Positions 1-10,333 of a DNA stretch of 64,000 bases are shown in pieces (position 1 is the stretch's first letter; each line of letters begins with the position of its first letter). The position numbers and the translations under genes are program-made. The DNA lies in the NCBI GenBank assembly GCA_964514585.1, contig CAZETU010000003.1, forward strand, positions 80,813 to 144,812, in the 5' to 3' direction. This DNA comes from Candidatus Woesearchaeota archaeon (GTDB taxonomy: Archaea; Nanobdellota; Nanobdellia; Pacearchaeales; GW2011-AR1). Under the pieces are notes generated by a model. That model was given only the letters and a program-made list of their open reading frames with translations. It had not been told where the DNA came from and did no database searches.

Positions 1-2
1 AA

Positions 3-2357
3 AGGGGGAAGGATGGAGAAAAAATTCAGGAAGAAGTTTTGAAGATTACGAGGAAACATAATGTTCGAGTAATGGGTCCTAATTGTATGGGGTTTATTAA
101 TCCTCATTTAGGATTAAATGTAAGTTTTGCAAATAACAAATTGAAGAAGGGGAATATAGCATTCATATCTCAATCTGGAGCTATGGGTTCTTCGGCTTTA
201 GATTGGGCTTTAGATCATGATTTGGGTTTTAGTTTTTTTGCTTCTTTGGGCGCTATGGCAGATATAAGTTTTAGTGATTTAATCGATTATTTAGGGAATG
301 ATCCTCAGACTGAGAGTATTGTTGTTTATATGGAATCCTTGAATAACGCTCGAAAATTTATGTCAGCTGCAAGAGCGTTTTCTAAAAAGAAACCTATAAT
401 TGTTTTAAAATCTGGAAGGAGCGAAGAGGGGGCGAGAGCTGCTAAATCTCATACTGGGAGTTTGGCGGGGAATGATTTAGTTTTTGATTCAGCATTTAGG
501 CGGGCAGGAATTGTTAGGGTTAATGAGACGGATGATTTATTTGACTGTGCAAAAACACTTTCAAAGCAGCAAAAACCTAAAGGGAATAGGCTTGCAATAG
601 TTACTAATGCTGGAGGGCCAGGTGTTTTATCAGCTGATGTTCTTGTTCACAGGGGTGGTAGGGTTGCAGAATTATCTGATAAAACAATTAAAAATTTAAA
701 TAAAGTTTTACCGGAGAATTGGAGCCATGGGAATCCAGTGGATATCTTAGGGGATGCTAATGCTTTTGATTACAAAAAGGCTATTGAGTTTTGTTTAGGT
801 GATGAGGGGGTTGATGGAATTTTAGTTTTATTGACTCCTCAGACAATGACGGATTCTGTTGCGATTGCTAAATCAATTGTTTCGATTAAGAATGATAAGC
901 CAATTCTTGTGTCTTTTATGGGTGGGCCTAGCGTTGAGAAGGGTAAGAAAATTCTTGAAGAGGGAAAAATACCGACGTTTCCATATCCGGAGCGTGCTGT
1001 TAAGGCATTTAGTTATTTATATGATTATTCTAAAAATATAGAATTTTTGTATCAACTTCCGGGCTCTATTCCTCATGCATTTGAACCAGATACGGATGAA
1101 GTAAAAAAGATAATTAATAAATCTGTTGCGAAAAATTTTTTCTCGTTAGATGATTTTGATTCTAAGAGAATATTGTCGAGTTATGGTATTCCGGCCTCTT
1201 CTCAAAAAATTGCTAAGAATGTTAAGCAGGCATTAGAAATTGCGAAGAAGATGGGTTATCCGTTAGTTATGAAGATAGCTTCTCCAAATATATTGCATAA
1301 GACAGAAATCGATGCGGTTAAGTTAGATATTCATTCTGGAAGTGAAGTTAAAAAAGCTTACGGGGAGATAATGTCAAATGTTAAAAAATATAATTCTAAG
1401 GCAAAGATTAATGGAATTATTCTTGAAAAAATGTCTTCTAAGAAATATGAACTGATCATTGGGTGTAAAAAGGATCCGATATTCGGTCCTGTAATTGTTT
1501 TTGGACTTGGTGGCGTTGCTGTTAACTTGTTTAAGGATACAAGTATTGGGCTTCCTCCATTGAATATGGATTTGGCAGAATCTTTAATAGATGATACAAA
1601 AGTGTCTAAATTACTGAGGGGATATAGAAATATGAAAGGTGTAGATATTAATTTCTTGAAGTCTATTCTCTATAAATTTTCTTATCTTATAATAGATTTT
1701 CCGGAAATTAGTGAAATTGATATTAACCCATTTAGTATGAACGAGGAAGGGGGTATGGTTCTTGATGCAAAAATAGTTTTAGATAAAAAATATTTAAGCG
1801 GAAGCCACAAGGCTGAAGTTCCTTACTCTCATTTAGTTATAAGACCTTACCCTAAGGAATATGTAACCAAAATAAAAACGAACAAAGGTAAAGAGGTTAC
1901 GTTGAGACCTATAAGGCCCGAAGATGAACTGATTGAAAAAGAAATGATTGAAAAGTTTTCTGAGGAAACTCAGAGGTTTAGATTTTTTAGGCACTTGAAA
2001 GAAGCCACTCATGATATACTAGTGCAGTATACTTGTAATGATTATGATCGGGAAATTGGATTGGCGGCGGAAATTGAAGAGAAGGGTAAGAAAAAGTTTG
2101 CGGGTGTTGTAAGATTAATAACAGATCCGTATGAAAATAGTGCGGAGTTTGCGATTGTTGTTGCGGATCCATGGCAGGGACATGGTCTTGGTAATAAAAT
2201 GATGGATTATATGTTAGAGTTAGCAAAGAAAAGAAAGGTTGATAAGGTGTATGGTTATCTTTTGAAAGATAATGATATTATGAAGGACATGTTTGAAAAA
2301 AAAGGATTTTTGATTACGGAGCAGGATGATACTTATTATGCCGAGAAGGTCTTGTGA
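3..2357 (+). CDS. ADP-forming acetate/acyl-CoA ligase (alpha + ATP-grasp beta) fused to a C-terminal GNAT acetyltransferase (Pat/PatZ-like); 5'-truncated by the window edge
   Basis: Motifs GPNCMG, SQSGA, SHTGSLAG (phospho-His), TNAGGPG, NPVDILG, DINP. C-terminal GNAT: LRPIRPEDE...AEFAIVVADPWQGHGLG. The frame is open from base 3 to the ORF-track start at 39. Confidence 0.9.
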   Translation, partial: RGKDGEKIQEEVLKITRKHNVRVMGPNCMGFINPHLGLNVSFANNKLKKGNIAFISQSGAMGSSALDWALDHDLGFSFFASLGAMADISFSDLIDYLGNDPQTESIVVYMESLNNARKFMSAARAFSKKKPIIVLKSGRSEEGARAAKSHTGSLAGNDLVFDSAFRRAGIVRVNETDDLFDCAKTLSKQQKPKGNRLAIVTNAGGPGVLSADVLVHRGGRVAELSDKTIKNLNKVLPENWSHGNPVDILGDANAFDYKKAIEFCLGDEGVDGILVLLTPQTMTDSVAIAKSIVSIKNDKPILVSFMGGPSVEKGKKILEEGKIPTFPYPERAVKAFSYLYDYSKNIEFLYQLPGSIPHAFEPDTDEVKKIINKSVAKNFFSLDDFDSKRILSSYGIPASSQKIAKNVKQALEIAKKMGYPLVMKIASPNILHKTEIDAVKLDIHSGSEVKKAYGEIMSNVKKYNSKAKINGIILEKMSSKKYELIIGCKKDPIFGPVIVFGLGGVAVNLFKDTSIGLPPLNMDLAESLIDDTKVSKLLRGYRNMKGVDINFLKSILYKFSYLIIDFPEISEIDINPFSMNEEGGMVLDAKIVLDKKYLSGSHKAEVPYSHLVIRPYPKEYVTKIKTNKGKEVTLRPIRPEDELIEKEMIEKFSEETQRFRFFRHLKEATHDILVQYTCNDYDREIGLAAEIEEKGKKKFAGVVRLITDPYENSAEFAIVVADPWQGHGLGNKMMDYMLELAKKRKVDKVYGYLLKDNDIMKDMFEKKGFLITEQDDTYYAEKVL

Positions 2358-2494
2358 TTTTTGGCGAATCTTAAATTGAATCTGGGCAAGCAATGTTTTT
2401 GTTGATATGATTGTTTTAGAATACAAATTAATAATATTTGCTCATGCAAGTGAGATATCATGCAGAATGTTCTTAATGATAGTAGTGGGGGAGT

Positions 2495-3159
2495 TTAATT
2501 GGGGAATAAATGAGTTATGTTTTTATAATTAATTTCTGAAAAATCATTGATTATTAAATCGGCAATATCTTGAAATTCTTCTTTAGTATGGTATGATGTT
2601 ACAAATGCAATAGATTTCATATTTGCTGCATTTGCAGCTTGAATTCCATTCACAGCATCTTCTATTACAATACAGTTTTTTGGATTAACTTCTAATTCTT
2701 CTGCAGCTTTTAGAAACATTTCAGGATTAGGTTTGTGTAAGTTAATATCTTCAGCTGTAATTAGAATATCTATCTTATCAAAAAAATCAACTAATTTAAG
2801 TAATTGGATTGCTCTGTCTTTCGTGCTTGATGTAGCAACAGCTATCTTAATATTATTATCTTTTAATTTTTTAACTAAATTTAATAAGTAATCATTTGGT
2901 TTAATTTTTTCTTTCATTAATTGAAGTTCTATTGCAAATGCTTTTTTTGAAAAATCAAGAGAATCTATATATTCTGAAATATTAAAATCTTTTTTCCACA
3001 TTTCTATCTGATCTCTAAGAGATCTTCCTATTGTCTTTTTTCTATATTTAGAACTCATATGAGCCCATACTTTTCAAGAAGTTGATTAAATGCTATTGTT
3101 ACATATTCTGGAGTATCCACCAAAACCCCATCCATATCAAATATTACTGCGTTTACCAT
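2495..3159 (-). pseudogene. HAD-family phosphatase (beta-PGM-like) with a 1-nt frameshift at ~3059
   Basis: ATG at 3159 gives MVNAVIFDMDGVLVDTPEY (HAD motif I) for 33 codons. The remainder (KPNPEMF, IVIEDAVNGIQAA) is in the frame of ORF 2495-3058. Confidence 0.85.
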
Positions 3160-3292
3160 TTTATATTGATTTTAAGAATATATATTATTTAAGTTATTCC
3201 TATAGAGATATCTTATTTCCACAAAAAAGAAACTAAAGAGTATTATGTCTCAATCGTGATGTCGCATGTGTAGTTTTTGAATATTCTAGAAA

Positions 3293-4723
3293 TTATAAGT
3301 GCTTGGCCATATCTTGCAAAATTTCATGTGCTGCCATAACTCTTTCTTCTGAAGTTTTTTGGCCTGTTATTGCTCTTCCTATAACTAAAATATCGGAGCC
3401 ATCCTGAACTGCATTTCCTGGAGTAAAAACTCTTTTCTGGTCGGATCCTGCAGGAGTATTTGGTCCCTTTATCCCTGGAGTTACATACATAAAACCTTCA
3501 GGGAGTTTGCTTTTGATTTCGTGGAGATCGGCTGCTGAACAAACGACACCATCAAGACCTGCTTTTTGAGTTAATTGTGCTAACTTTAAAACCTGGTCGG
3601 GGAGGGGCCCTGGAACATTCAGTTGGTGATTTAATATCTCTCTGTCTATACTTGTTAGAACCGTTACTGCGGTGATCTTTGGAACTTTTGTCCCATATTT
3701 CAAGGCTCCGGCTTTTGCCCCATCAACTGCCGCTTGCATCATTTCCAATCCTCCAGATGCGTGAATATTAAACATGTAAATTCCAAGCTTACTTGCAGCA
3801 TCCGCCGCGCCTTTTACAGTATTTGGAATATCATGGTATTTTAGATCTAAGAAAACATTTGCGCCATTGTTTTGGACTAGTTTTACGACTTCGGGTCCAA
3901 ATCTTGTGAATGTTTCTTTTCCTATCTTGAACAGGCCGACCACTTGGCTTAATTCAGCGACCCTTGCCTTCACTTCTTCTATTGTTTCGAGTCCGTCCAA
4001 TGGTAAACAAACCATTTCCCTTGCAGCTTTTTCTTTTTCGGTTAATTCTATTTTTATTATTTTTGGAAAACCGTGTTTTTCTCCCCAGTTGAAAGGATCT
4101 CGTCTCCACTCTGCCAGCATCTCTGTTTGATTTTGATTAATGTATTCTTCTTGTTTGGCAGTTTTTAGTAGTGTGTCGTAATCTAGAAGAGATATTACTT
4201 CGCATGGTTCGTCAAGTTTTTCGAATGCGTTGTTGGCTTTGCCGAGCCCATAACTAAATATTGAGATACAATACTTGCAAACACCGTTGGCATCTCTTAT
4301 GGCCTGGACCGCTCTTGCCGAACTGCCACCCGTAGAAATTAAGTCTTCAATTAATATTACTTCTTTTCCTTCTAGATCTGATTCTGCATCAATTCCTTCT
4401 ATCTGGTTTCTTAGTCCATGTCCTTTTGGTTTATCTCGTACATAGATTAGTGGCTTTTGTAGGGAATCGGCTAAGGTCGTTGCTGGTGGGATTCCTGAAG
4501 TGGATGTTCCGGCAATAATATCGAAGGAAATTCCTTCAGTCTTTAATAAATTCTCAAAAGCATTTAATATTAATTCTCGATATTTTGGACTGGCAAGAAA
4601 CATTCGGTTGTCATTATATATTGGCATTCGGTAGCCTGATGCCCATGTGAAGGGATTGTCCGGTCGTAATTTAATGGCGTGAATTTTTAATGCGGCTTTG
4701 GCAATCTCTTTTGAGTAATCCAT
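3293..4723 (-). CDS. pyrE-pyrF: Bifunctional orotate phosphoribosyltransferase / OMP decarboxylase
   Basis: N-terminal FTWASG..PIYNDNR and the PRPP-binding loop VILIEDLISTGGS; C-terminal FLDLKYHDIPNTV, TPGI and LVIGRAIT. Confidence 0.93.
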   Translation of the reverse strand: MDYSKEIAKAALKIHAIKLRPDNPFTWASGYRMPIYNDNRMFLASPKYRELILNAFENLLKTEGISFDIIAGTSTSGIPPATTLADSLQKPLIYVRDKPKGHGLRNQIEGIDAESDLEGKEVILIEDLISTGGSSARAVQAIRDANGVCKYCISIFSYGLGKANNAFEKLDEPCEVISLLDYDTLLKTAKQEEYINQNQTEMLAEWRRDPFNWGEKHGFPKIIKIELTEKEKAAREMVCLPLDGLETIEEVKARVAELSQVVGLFKIGKETFTRFGPEVVKLVQNNGANVFLDLKYHDIPNTVKGAADAASKLGIYMFNIHASGGLEMMQAAVDGAKAGALKYGTKVPKITAVTVLTSIDREILNHQLNVPGPLPDQVLKLAQLTQKAGLDGVVCSAADLHEIKSKLPEGFMYVTPGIKGPNTPAGSDQKRVFTPGNAVQDGSDILVIGRAITGQKTSEERVMAAHEILQDMAKHL

Positions 4724-4833
4724 AATGGAGTTTAGTGAGGGTGATATATAAATTTTGTCTAAAATTTTTTGCTACTTTGTATTGATGAAAATATTAAGCA
4801 TAATTTTAAATAATATTTTGGCGGGAAGAGGAT

Positions 4834-7503
4834 ATGTTTATAGATTGTCATGTTCATTGTCGGGATTTTGAACAAAGTCATAAAGAAACTGTTGCTCATG
4901 CACTTAGGGTTGCTGAAGATTCGGGTGTGAGTGCTATTTTTGATATGCCAAATACTAGTCCTGCCGTGACTACAAGAAAAGGGGTGCTTGAAAGATTTGC
5001 TCTTGCAAAGGCTGTAAATTCTCCTGTTTTTTATGGGCTTTATATTGGGCTCACTTCTAATCCTGATCAAATTAAGGAAGCTGTTGATACTTATCGAGAA
5101 TTTTTCCCTAAGACTTCTGATGCTAATATGGGAGTGATTGGTTTGAAAATGTTTGCAGGTAAATCGGTGGGGGATTTGACCATTGGTGAGCCTAGCGCTC
5201 AGTTGGAGGTTTACAAACAATTGGTTAAGAATAATTTTTCTGGTGTTTTGGTAGTTCATTGTGAAAAAGAATCTGAAATGAAACCGGAGCTATGGGACTC
5301 TCTTAATTCTGAAACTCATGGTGATGCGAGACCCGAAGAGGCAGAACTGGCTTCTGTTAAGGATCAGATAAATTTTGCGTTACAAACTGGATATGCTAAT
5401 TTGAATACTGTGGGGAAATTGCACATTGCTCATGTTTCTGTTCCGCGGACCGTTGATATTATAGATTTTTTTAGGAATTCTTTGAATATTTCTTGTGGTG
5501 CTACTCCGCATCATTTGTTGTTGAATGACGAAATAATGAAATCTAAAGAGGGTATATTTTACAAGGTGAATCCTCCTTTGAGAAAAAAGAGTAGTCAAAG
5601 GATTTTGTTAGAGAAGTTTAAGCAGGGGAAGATTGATGTGTTGGAGACAGATCATGCTCCTCATACGAGAGAAGAAAAACTTCGGGGGTATATGTCTGGT
5701 ATACCTGAGCTTGCGTCTTGGCCTATTTTTACGAATATATTGAAAAAGGAAGGGGTTGGGAACGTTCTTTTGAAAAGGGTTGCCTTTGAAAATGTGAATA
5801 AGATTTTTGGAACTCAAATTGGAAAATTGAATTTTGGAATCAAGTCGCATGTTGATGAATATGTGTTTAATCCTTATGAAAAATTTGACATGAAGTTGGA
5901 AAAAATAAAACTGGGGAATAAGGAGGTTATGCCTTTTACAATTCCTTCGGGGATTATTACAACTCAAGTTTCTTGTTTGGTAAAATTAGCTAGGGAAATT
6001 CCGGAGCTTGGAATATTAACGACAAAGAGTATTGGGCCCGAACCAAAGCCTGGAAATCGTGAGCCTATTTTGTCTCAACATATTGATGGCGGATTTATTA
6101 ATGCAGTGGGGTTGACAAATCCAGGGGTTAAGAAGTTTGCGAAGGAATTATCTGAGGCAGATTTTCCAAAAGATAAATTTTTACTTGCATCTATTTTTGG
6201 GGGGAATGTGGATGAATTTGTCGAGGTTGCTCAGACTTTGGAAGATTATGTTGACGGCTTCGAATTGAATCTTTCTTGTCCTCATGCTAAGGGGTATGGG
6301 ATGCAACTCGGGCAAGATCCAAAAATTGTTAATGAGATTGTTAGTGGGGTTGTTAGAATAACGGATAAACCGGTTTTTGCGAAGCTGACCCCTAATGCTG
6401 GGAATATTGGAGAGATTGCTAAGTCTGCTGTTGATGCTGGGGCTTATGGGATAGTTGCAATTAATACTGTCGGGCCGGGATGTCATATGGCTCATAGAAA
6501 TCCTGTCTTGACAAATAAGGTAGGGGGGCTTTCTGGTGCAGGTATCGCTCCGATTGGGGTTAAATGTGTTCGTGAGATTCGACAAGCAATTGGCGAGGGT
6601 GTTCCAATTCTTGGGATGGGGGGAATTGGTTCTCCTAAGGAAGTTGAAGCCTATCAAGATGCTGGAGCAAATATGTTTGGAATTGGAAGTGCGCTTGCTG
6701 GGATGACTGATAATAATTTGAAAGATTATTTTGCGGCGATTGTAGATGATGTAAGAAATAAAACAAACTACTCTAAAGGATTTTTGCGGAAAATAGATAT
6801 GGATTATCAAGAGGCGAAGGTTATGAGTGTTGAAGGGTCGGGGAATTTTAAAGTCTTTAGGGCGGATAGATCGCTTAGATCGCGGCCGGGCGAATTTGTC
6901 TTTTTGTGGTTGCCGGGGATCGGGGAAAAGCCGTTCTCAGTTATGGATGATGATCCATTTACTGTAGGAATTTTAGAAGTGGGCGAGTTTACTAAAGAGT
7001 TTGGTAAATTAAAAGAGGGAGATAGTTTTTATTTTCGGGGACCTTATGGTGATGAGGCTTATGTTCCCGAGGGGTCTAATGTTGTTTTAGTCGGAGGAGG
7101 ATGCGGCGTTGCGGGACTCTATCTTCTTGCAAAGAAATTTTCTAAGAGGGCGAGGGTTACAATATTGTTGGCAGCGAAGGATAAAGATCGTCTTGCTTAT
7201 TTGGAGGAGTTTGGAAATTGTGGGGAAATTAAGATAGCTACTGAAGATGGGAGTTTGGGTAGGATGGGATTGGTCACGGATTTAATAAAAGATTTTAAAA
7301 TAGAGGAGGGGACTTACTTCTTTAATTGTGGGCCGAAAGGAATGATAAATGCTGTTTTGCCATTGGAACTTGAACTGACTGAGTCTAGAAGAATTTTTTC
7401 TTCGGTTGACTATATGACTCGATGTGGAGTTGGTATTTGTGGAAGTTGTGCAGATAAGAATGGTATTAGAACTTGTGTTGAAGGACCTTTTATGAATCCT
7501 TAG
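4834..7503 (+). CDS. pyrC-pyrD-pyrK: Triple fusion: dihydroorotase + class 1B dihydroorotate dehydrogenase catalytic subunit + electron-transfer subunit
   Basis: DCHVHCRD, DMPNT, KVNPPLR, ETDHAPH (DHOase); ELNLSCPH, AKLTPN, INTV, GGLSG (PyrD); EKPFSV, RGPYG, VGGGCGVAG, CGVGICGSC..C (PyrK 2Fe-2S), all in one 889-aa ORF. Confidence 0.9.
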   Translation: MFIDCHVHCRDFEQSHKETVAHALRVAEDSGVSAIFDMPNTSPAVTTRKGVLERFALAKAVNSPVFYGLYIGLTSNPDQIKEAVDTYREFFPKTSDANMGVIGLKMFAGKSVGDLTIGEPSAQLEVYKQLVKNNFSGVLVVHCEKESEMKPELWDSLNSETHGDARPEEAELASVKDQINFALQTGYANLNTVGKLHIAHVSVPRTVDIIDFFRNSLNISCGATPHHLLLNDEIMKSKEGIFYKVNPPLRKKSSQRILLEKFKQGKIDVLETDHAPHTREEKLRGYMSGIPELASWPIFTNILKKEGVGNVLLKRVAFENVNKIFGTQIGKLNFGIKSHVDEYVFNPYEKFDMKLEKIKLGNKEVMPFTIPSGIITTQVSCLVKLAREIPELGILTTKSIGPEPKPGNREPILSQHIDGGFINAVGLTNPGVKKFAKELSEADFPKDKFLLASIFGGNVDEFVEVAQTLEDYVDGFELNLSCPHAKGYGMQLGQDPKIVNEIVSGVVRITDKPVFAKLTPNAGNIGEIAKSAVDAGAYGIVAINTVGPGCHMAHRNPVLTNKVGGLSGAGIAPIGVKCVREIRQAIGEGVPILGMGGIGSPKEVEAYQDAGANMFGIGSALAGMTDNNLKDYFAAIVDDVRNKTNYSKGFLRKIDMDYQEAKVMSVEGSGNFKVFRADRSLRSRPGEFVFLWLPGIGEKPFSVMDDDPFTVGILEVGEFTKEFGKLKEGDSFYFRGPYGDEAYVPEGSNVVLVGGGCGVAGLYLLAKKFSKRARVTILLAAKDKDRLAYLEEFGNCGEIKIATEDGSLGRMGLVTDLIKDFKIEEGTYFFNCGPKGMINAVLPLELELTESRRIFSSVDYMTRCGVGICGSCADKNGIRTCVEGPFMNP

Positions 7504-7505
7504 GA

Positions 7506-7628
7506 CGCCCCAACCGGAGTCGAGACCTTTTTGGCATCTCTTAGGGACTGCGTTTAAATATCGAATATTTTTATTTATTGTTGAATTAGTGACGCTGTTG
7601 AACTTTTTAAGTATTGTCGAGGTTGAGT
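7506..7628 (+). repeat. Core-plus-promoter element E5 (CGCCCCAACCGG ... TAAGTATTGTCG)
   Basis: Core at 7506-7517. 7590-7628 matches 16263-16301 at 37/39 nt. The 16-mer ACGCCCCAACCGGAGT is shared with 19116-19131. Confidence 0.8.
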
Positions 7629-7630
7629 GG

Positions 7631-7650
7631 ACCGACAAGATTTATATATA
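7631..7650 (+). promoter_or_regulatory. Archaeal BRE/TATA promoter for the ars-like cluster
   Basis: ACCGACAAGA-TTTATATA, with the ATG at 7671 lying 30 nt after the TATA start. Confidence 0.65.
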
Positions 7651-7670
7651 TTGAAGATTATCAATATGTT

Positions 7671-8129
7671 ATGAAACATAAATATATGATTGGGGGCGTG
7701 GGAATTATAATATTACTACTTATTGTTTTTACAGTGCCCAAATATTTTGCGACGGCTGAGACCATTAATGGGAAGGTTGTCTTTGGAGAGATTAAAAAAG
7801 TTGAAATATACCATTTTCATGCGAATAGACAATGTTATTCATGTAAGACTATTGGAGAATACGCAAAAGAAACAGTAAATATTCACTTCAAAGAAGAACT
7901 TGATTCTAAAATAATAATTTTTGATTCAATAAATATAGATCTCCCGGAGAATAAAGAACTTGCAAGCAAATACGAAGCAAAGGGTTCTTCGTTGATTATT
8001 GGAACCTATTACAAGGATGGGAGCTTTTCAAAAGAAGAGGATACAGCAGTGTGGTACAAAATTGATAATAAAGAAAACTTTGTCTCTTATCTGAAGGGAG
8101 TAATTGAAACAAAGTTTGTTGAGGCATAA
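7671..8129 (+). CDS. arsF: ArsF-family thioredoxin-like protein with N-terminal membrane anchor
   Basis: HFHANRQCYSC CxxC motif and N-terminal hydrophobic helix. ATG 7671 is preferred over the ORF-track start 7614. Confidence 0.7.
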   Translation: MKHKYMIGGVGIIILLLIVFTVPKYFATAETINGKVVFGEIKKVEIYHFHANRQCYSCKTIGEYAKETVNIHFKEELDSKIIIFDSINIDLPENKELASKYEAKGSSLIIGTYYKDGSFSKEEDTAVWYKIDNKENFVSYLKGVIETKFVEA

Positions 8130-8130
8130 A

Positions 8131-8841
8131 ATGAGCTTGATGGCTTTCATGGGGTCCATGTCTGGAAGTAGTTTTCCATTAATTGCCGCATTTTTTATTG
8201 GGTTAATGACGGCTATAAGTCCTTGCCCCTTGGCGTCCAATATAACAGCTATAGCATATATTTCTAAAAAGATAGATAATGGGAAAAAGACATTAATCAC
8301 CGGATTCATATATACCCTTGGAAGAATGTTTACATACGTTCTTTTGGCAGGTTTAATTGTTTATATTGGCGTTAATGTAACATTAATCTCTTTATTTTTA
8401 CAAAAGTATGGAGAAAGAATTCTAGGTCCCGCGTTAATTTTTATCGGCCTAATAATGTTGAACATAATTAAATTACCAACCTTCAAAACAAGTGACAAAA
8501 TTAATAAAATAAAGGAGAATCTTTCAGAAAAAGGATATCTTGGTGGTTTTTTACTAGGTGTCTTCTTTGCTCTTGCCTTTTGTCCTTTTAGCGCAGTTCT
8601 GTTTTTTGGCATGTTAATACCTCTTGCAATTAACTACTCTGACGCTTTCTTAATTCCATCAATCTTTTCCATAGCAACCGGTCTCCCAGTAATTATTTTT
8701 TCTTTCATACTAACATTTAGTGTTTCAAAGGTAGGGAAAGTTATGAACAAAGTTCAAGTATTTGAGAAAGGAATGAGGTATGTTGTTGCAATATTATTTG
8801 TAATTATTGGAGGATATTATGTTATCAATGTTTGGTTATAG
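8131..8841 (+). CDS. arsG: ArsG-family / CcdA-DsbD-like membrane protein
   Basis: TAISPCPLASNI and FALAFCP motifs; about 6 TM segments. ATG 8131 follows the upstream stop. Confidence 0.72.
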   Translation: MSLMAFMGSMSGSSFPLIAAFFIGLMTAISPCPLASNITAIAYISKKIDNGKKTLITGFIYTLGRMFTYVLLAGLIVYIGVNVTLISLFLQKYGERILGPALIFIGLIMLNIIKLPTFKTSDKINKIKENLSEKGYLGGFLLGVFFALAFCPFSAVLFFGMLIPLAINYSDAFLIPSIFSIATGLPVIIFSFILTFSVSKVGKVMNKVQVFEKGMRYVVAILFVIIGGYYVINVWL

Positions 8842-8862
8842 TTAAATTAGGAGAGAAACAAA

Positions 8863-9093
8863 ATGGAGATAAAAATACTTGGAACTGGATGCCCAAATTG
8901 TGTTACTTTAGAAAAAAATGCAAAAACAGCATTGAAAGAACTTGGAATTGACGCAAGACTAAAGAAAGTGACCGACATAGTGAAGATTATGGAATACGGA
9001 GTTATGTCTACACCGGCAATTGTTGTTGATGAAGAGGTTAAGGCTTATGGAAAAGTCTGCACCGTTGATGAAATAAAGAAATTGCTGAGTTAA
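8863..9093 (+). CDS. arsE: Small redox-active disulfide protein (MTH895/ArsE thioredoxin-like)
   Basis: MEIKILGTGCPNC, YGVMSTPAIVVD. Confidence 0.85.
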   Translation: MEIKILGTGCPNCVTLEKNAKTALKELGIDARLKKVTDIVKIMEYGVMSTPAIVVDEEVKAYGKVCTVDEIKKLLS

Positions 9094-9175
9094 GATGAGC
9101 GATTTTTTTATCTATTTCAATTTTTATTAAATGAAAGAGAAAGAGTTTTGTTTAATGTGGAAGTGAGTAATAGGA

Positions 9176-9709
9176 TTATTCTAGTTCTTTTTTGATCATC
9201 TTATGGGCTGCGTTAATTTTTTGGAACATTTTGTGGTCTCCGCCCATGTCAGGGTGATGTTTTTTAGCTAGAGATTTATAATTCTTGGAAATTAATTCTA
9301 AGTCTGTTTCGTCTTCGTCAACACCTAGATTCTTTCTTGCTTCAGCTAGTTTTTCATCTATTTTATCGTCACTAGAAAATTCTCTTTGAAATTGGTCCAG
9401 TGTGATTTCTTTTTCGAATAATTGGTTTATGTAAATTTCTAGGATTTTGTCGATTACGTAAAGGTTGTCAATAAATCTTGGCATTTGAGAGTAGGCATAC
9501 TTTAGGTTTCGACCTTCGAACCAGAATGATACAGAGGCTTTTGCTTTCTTTTGGGCCATTTTTTCCATAGGGATATTTGCGTCATCACGCTCTATGTTTA
9601 GCTGCTTTAGTGTTGTAAAAATGTTATTTTGAACCTTAACGGCACGTCGATCAAATGAGTCCTTAAAGACTGGTTCTTCTAATTCGTATCCTTTTACCTT
9701 TAACATCAT
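9176..9709 (-). CDS. Protein with a C-terminal J domain
   Basis: YKSLAKKHHPDMGGDHKMFQKINAAH (HPD motif) at the C-terminus. Confidence 0.8.
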   Translation of the reverse strand: MMLKVKGYELEEPVFKDSFDRRAVKVQNNIFTTLKQLNIERDDANIPMEKMAQKKAKASVSFWFEGRNLKYAYSQMPRFIDNLYVIDKILEIYINQLFEKEITLDQFQREFSSDDKIDEKLAEARKNLGVDEDETDLELISKNYKSLAKKHHPDMGGDHKMFQKINAAHKMIKKELE

Positions 9710-9789
9710 AATATGTCAAAAATTCGGTTTATAAGTTTAAGCTATTGGGGAGTAGCAACTTTTATAAGGGAACTTTTAGAAATTTATAT

Positions 9790-10320
9790 ATGGATAAGAA
9801 GAAGAAAACTGAAAAGATGAAAACGGCTAAGGAATTTGTAGAGGAAACTATGGAAACTGTTAAATATCATAAGGTAGTTGAAGATGTTCCGGAAGTTGTT
9901 GGGGCTATAGTGGAGCCAAAGGTTGAGGTTAATTATATGGAGAAGTTTTTGAGGTTGCAGGCTGAGTTTGCTAATTATGAGAAGAGGACTGATAAAGAGA
10001 AGAGTGAAATTTATAGTAATGCTAATGCGGATTTGATTTTGCAGTTATTGGAAGTTTTGGATAATTTTGATTTGGCTTTGAAACATAATGAAGATTCTGG
10101 AGTGGCTATGATTCATGAGGATTTGTTTAGAGTTTTGGAGAAGCAAGGATTGATGGTGATTAAGACTGAAGGCAAGTTTTGTCCTCAATTTCATGAGGCG
10201 ATAGTGCAAGAAGAGAGTGAAGAAGACGGGGTTATTTTAGAGGAATTTCAGAAGGGATATTTATTGAATGGTAAACTTTTACGGGCCTCTAAGGTTAAGA
10301 TTAGTACTTCTAGAAAGTAG
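9790..10320 (+). CDS. grpE: Nucleotide exchange factor GrpE
   Basis: LRLQAEFANYEKR, LLEVLDNF, HEAI, KGYLLNGKLLRASKV. First ATG is at 9790. Confidence 0.93.
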   Translation: MDKKKKTEKMKTAKEFVEETMETVKYHKVVEDVPEVVGAIVEPKVEVNYMEKFLRLQAEFANYEKRTDKEKSEIYSNANADLILQLLEVLDNFDLALKHNEDSGVAMIHEDLFRVLEKQGLMVIKTEGKFCPQFHEAIVQEESEEDGVILEEFQKGYLLNGKLLRASKVKISTSRK

Positions 10321-10333
10321 GTGTTAACGGTGA

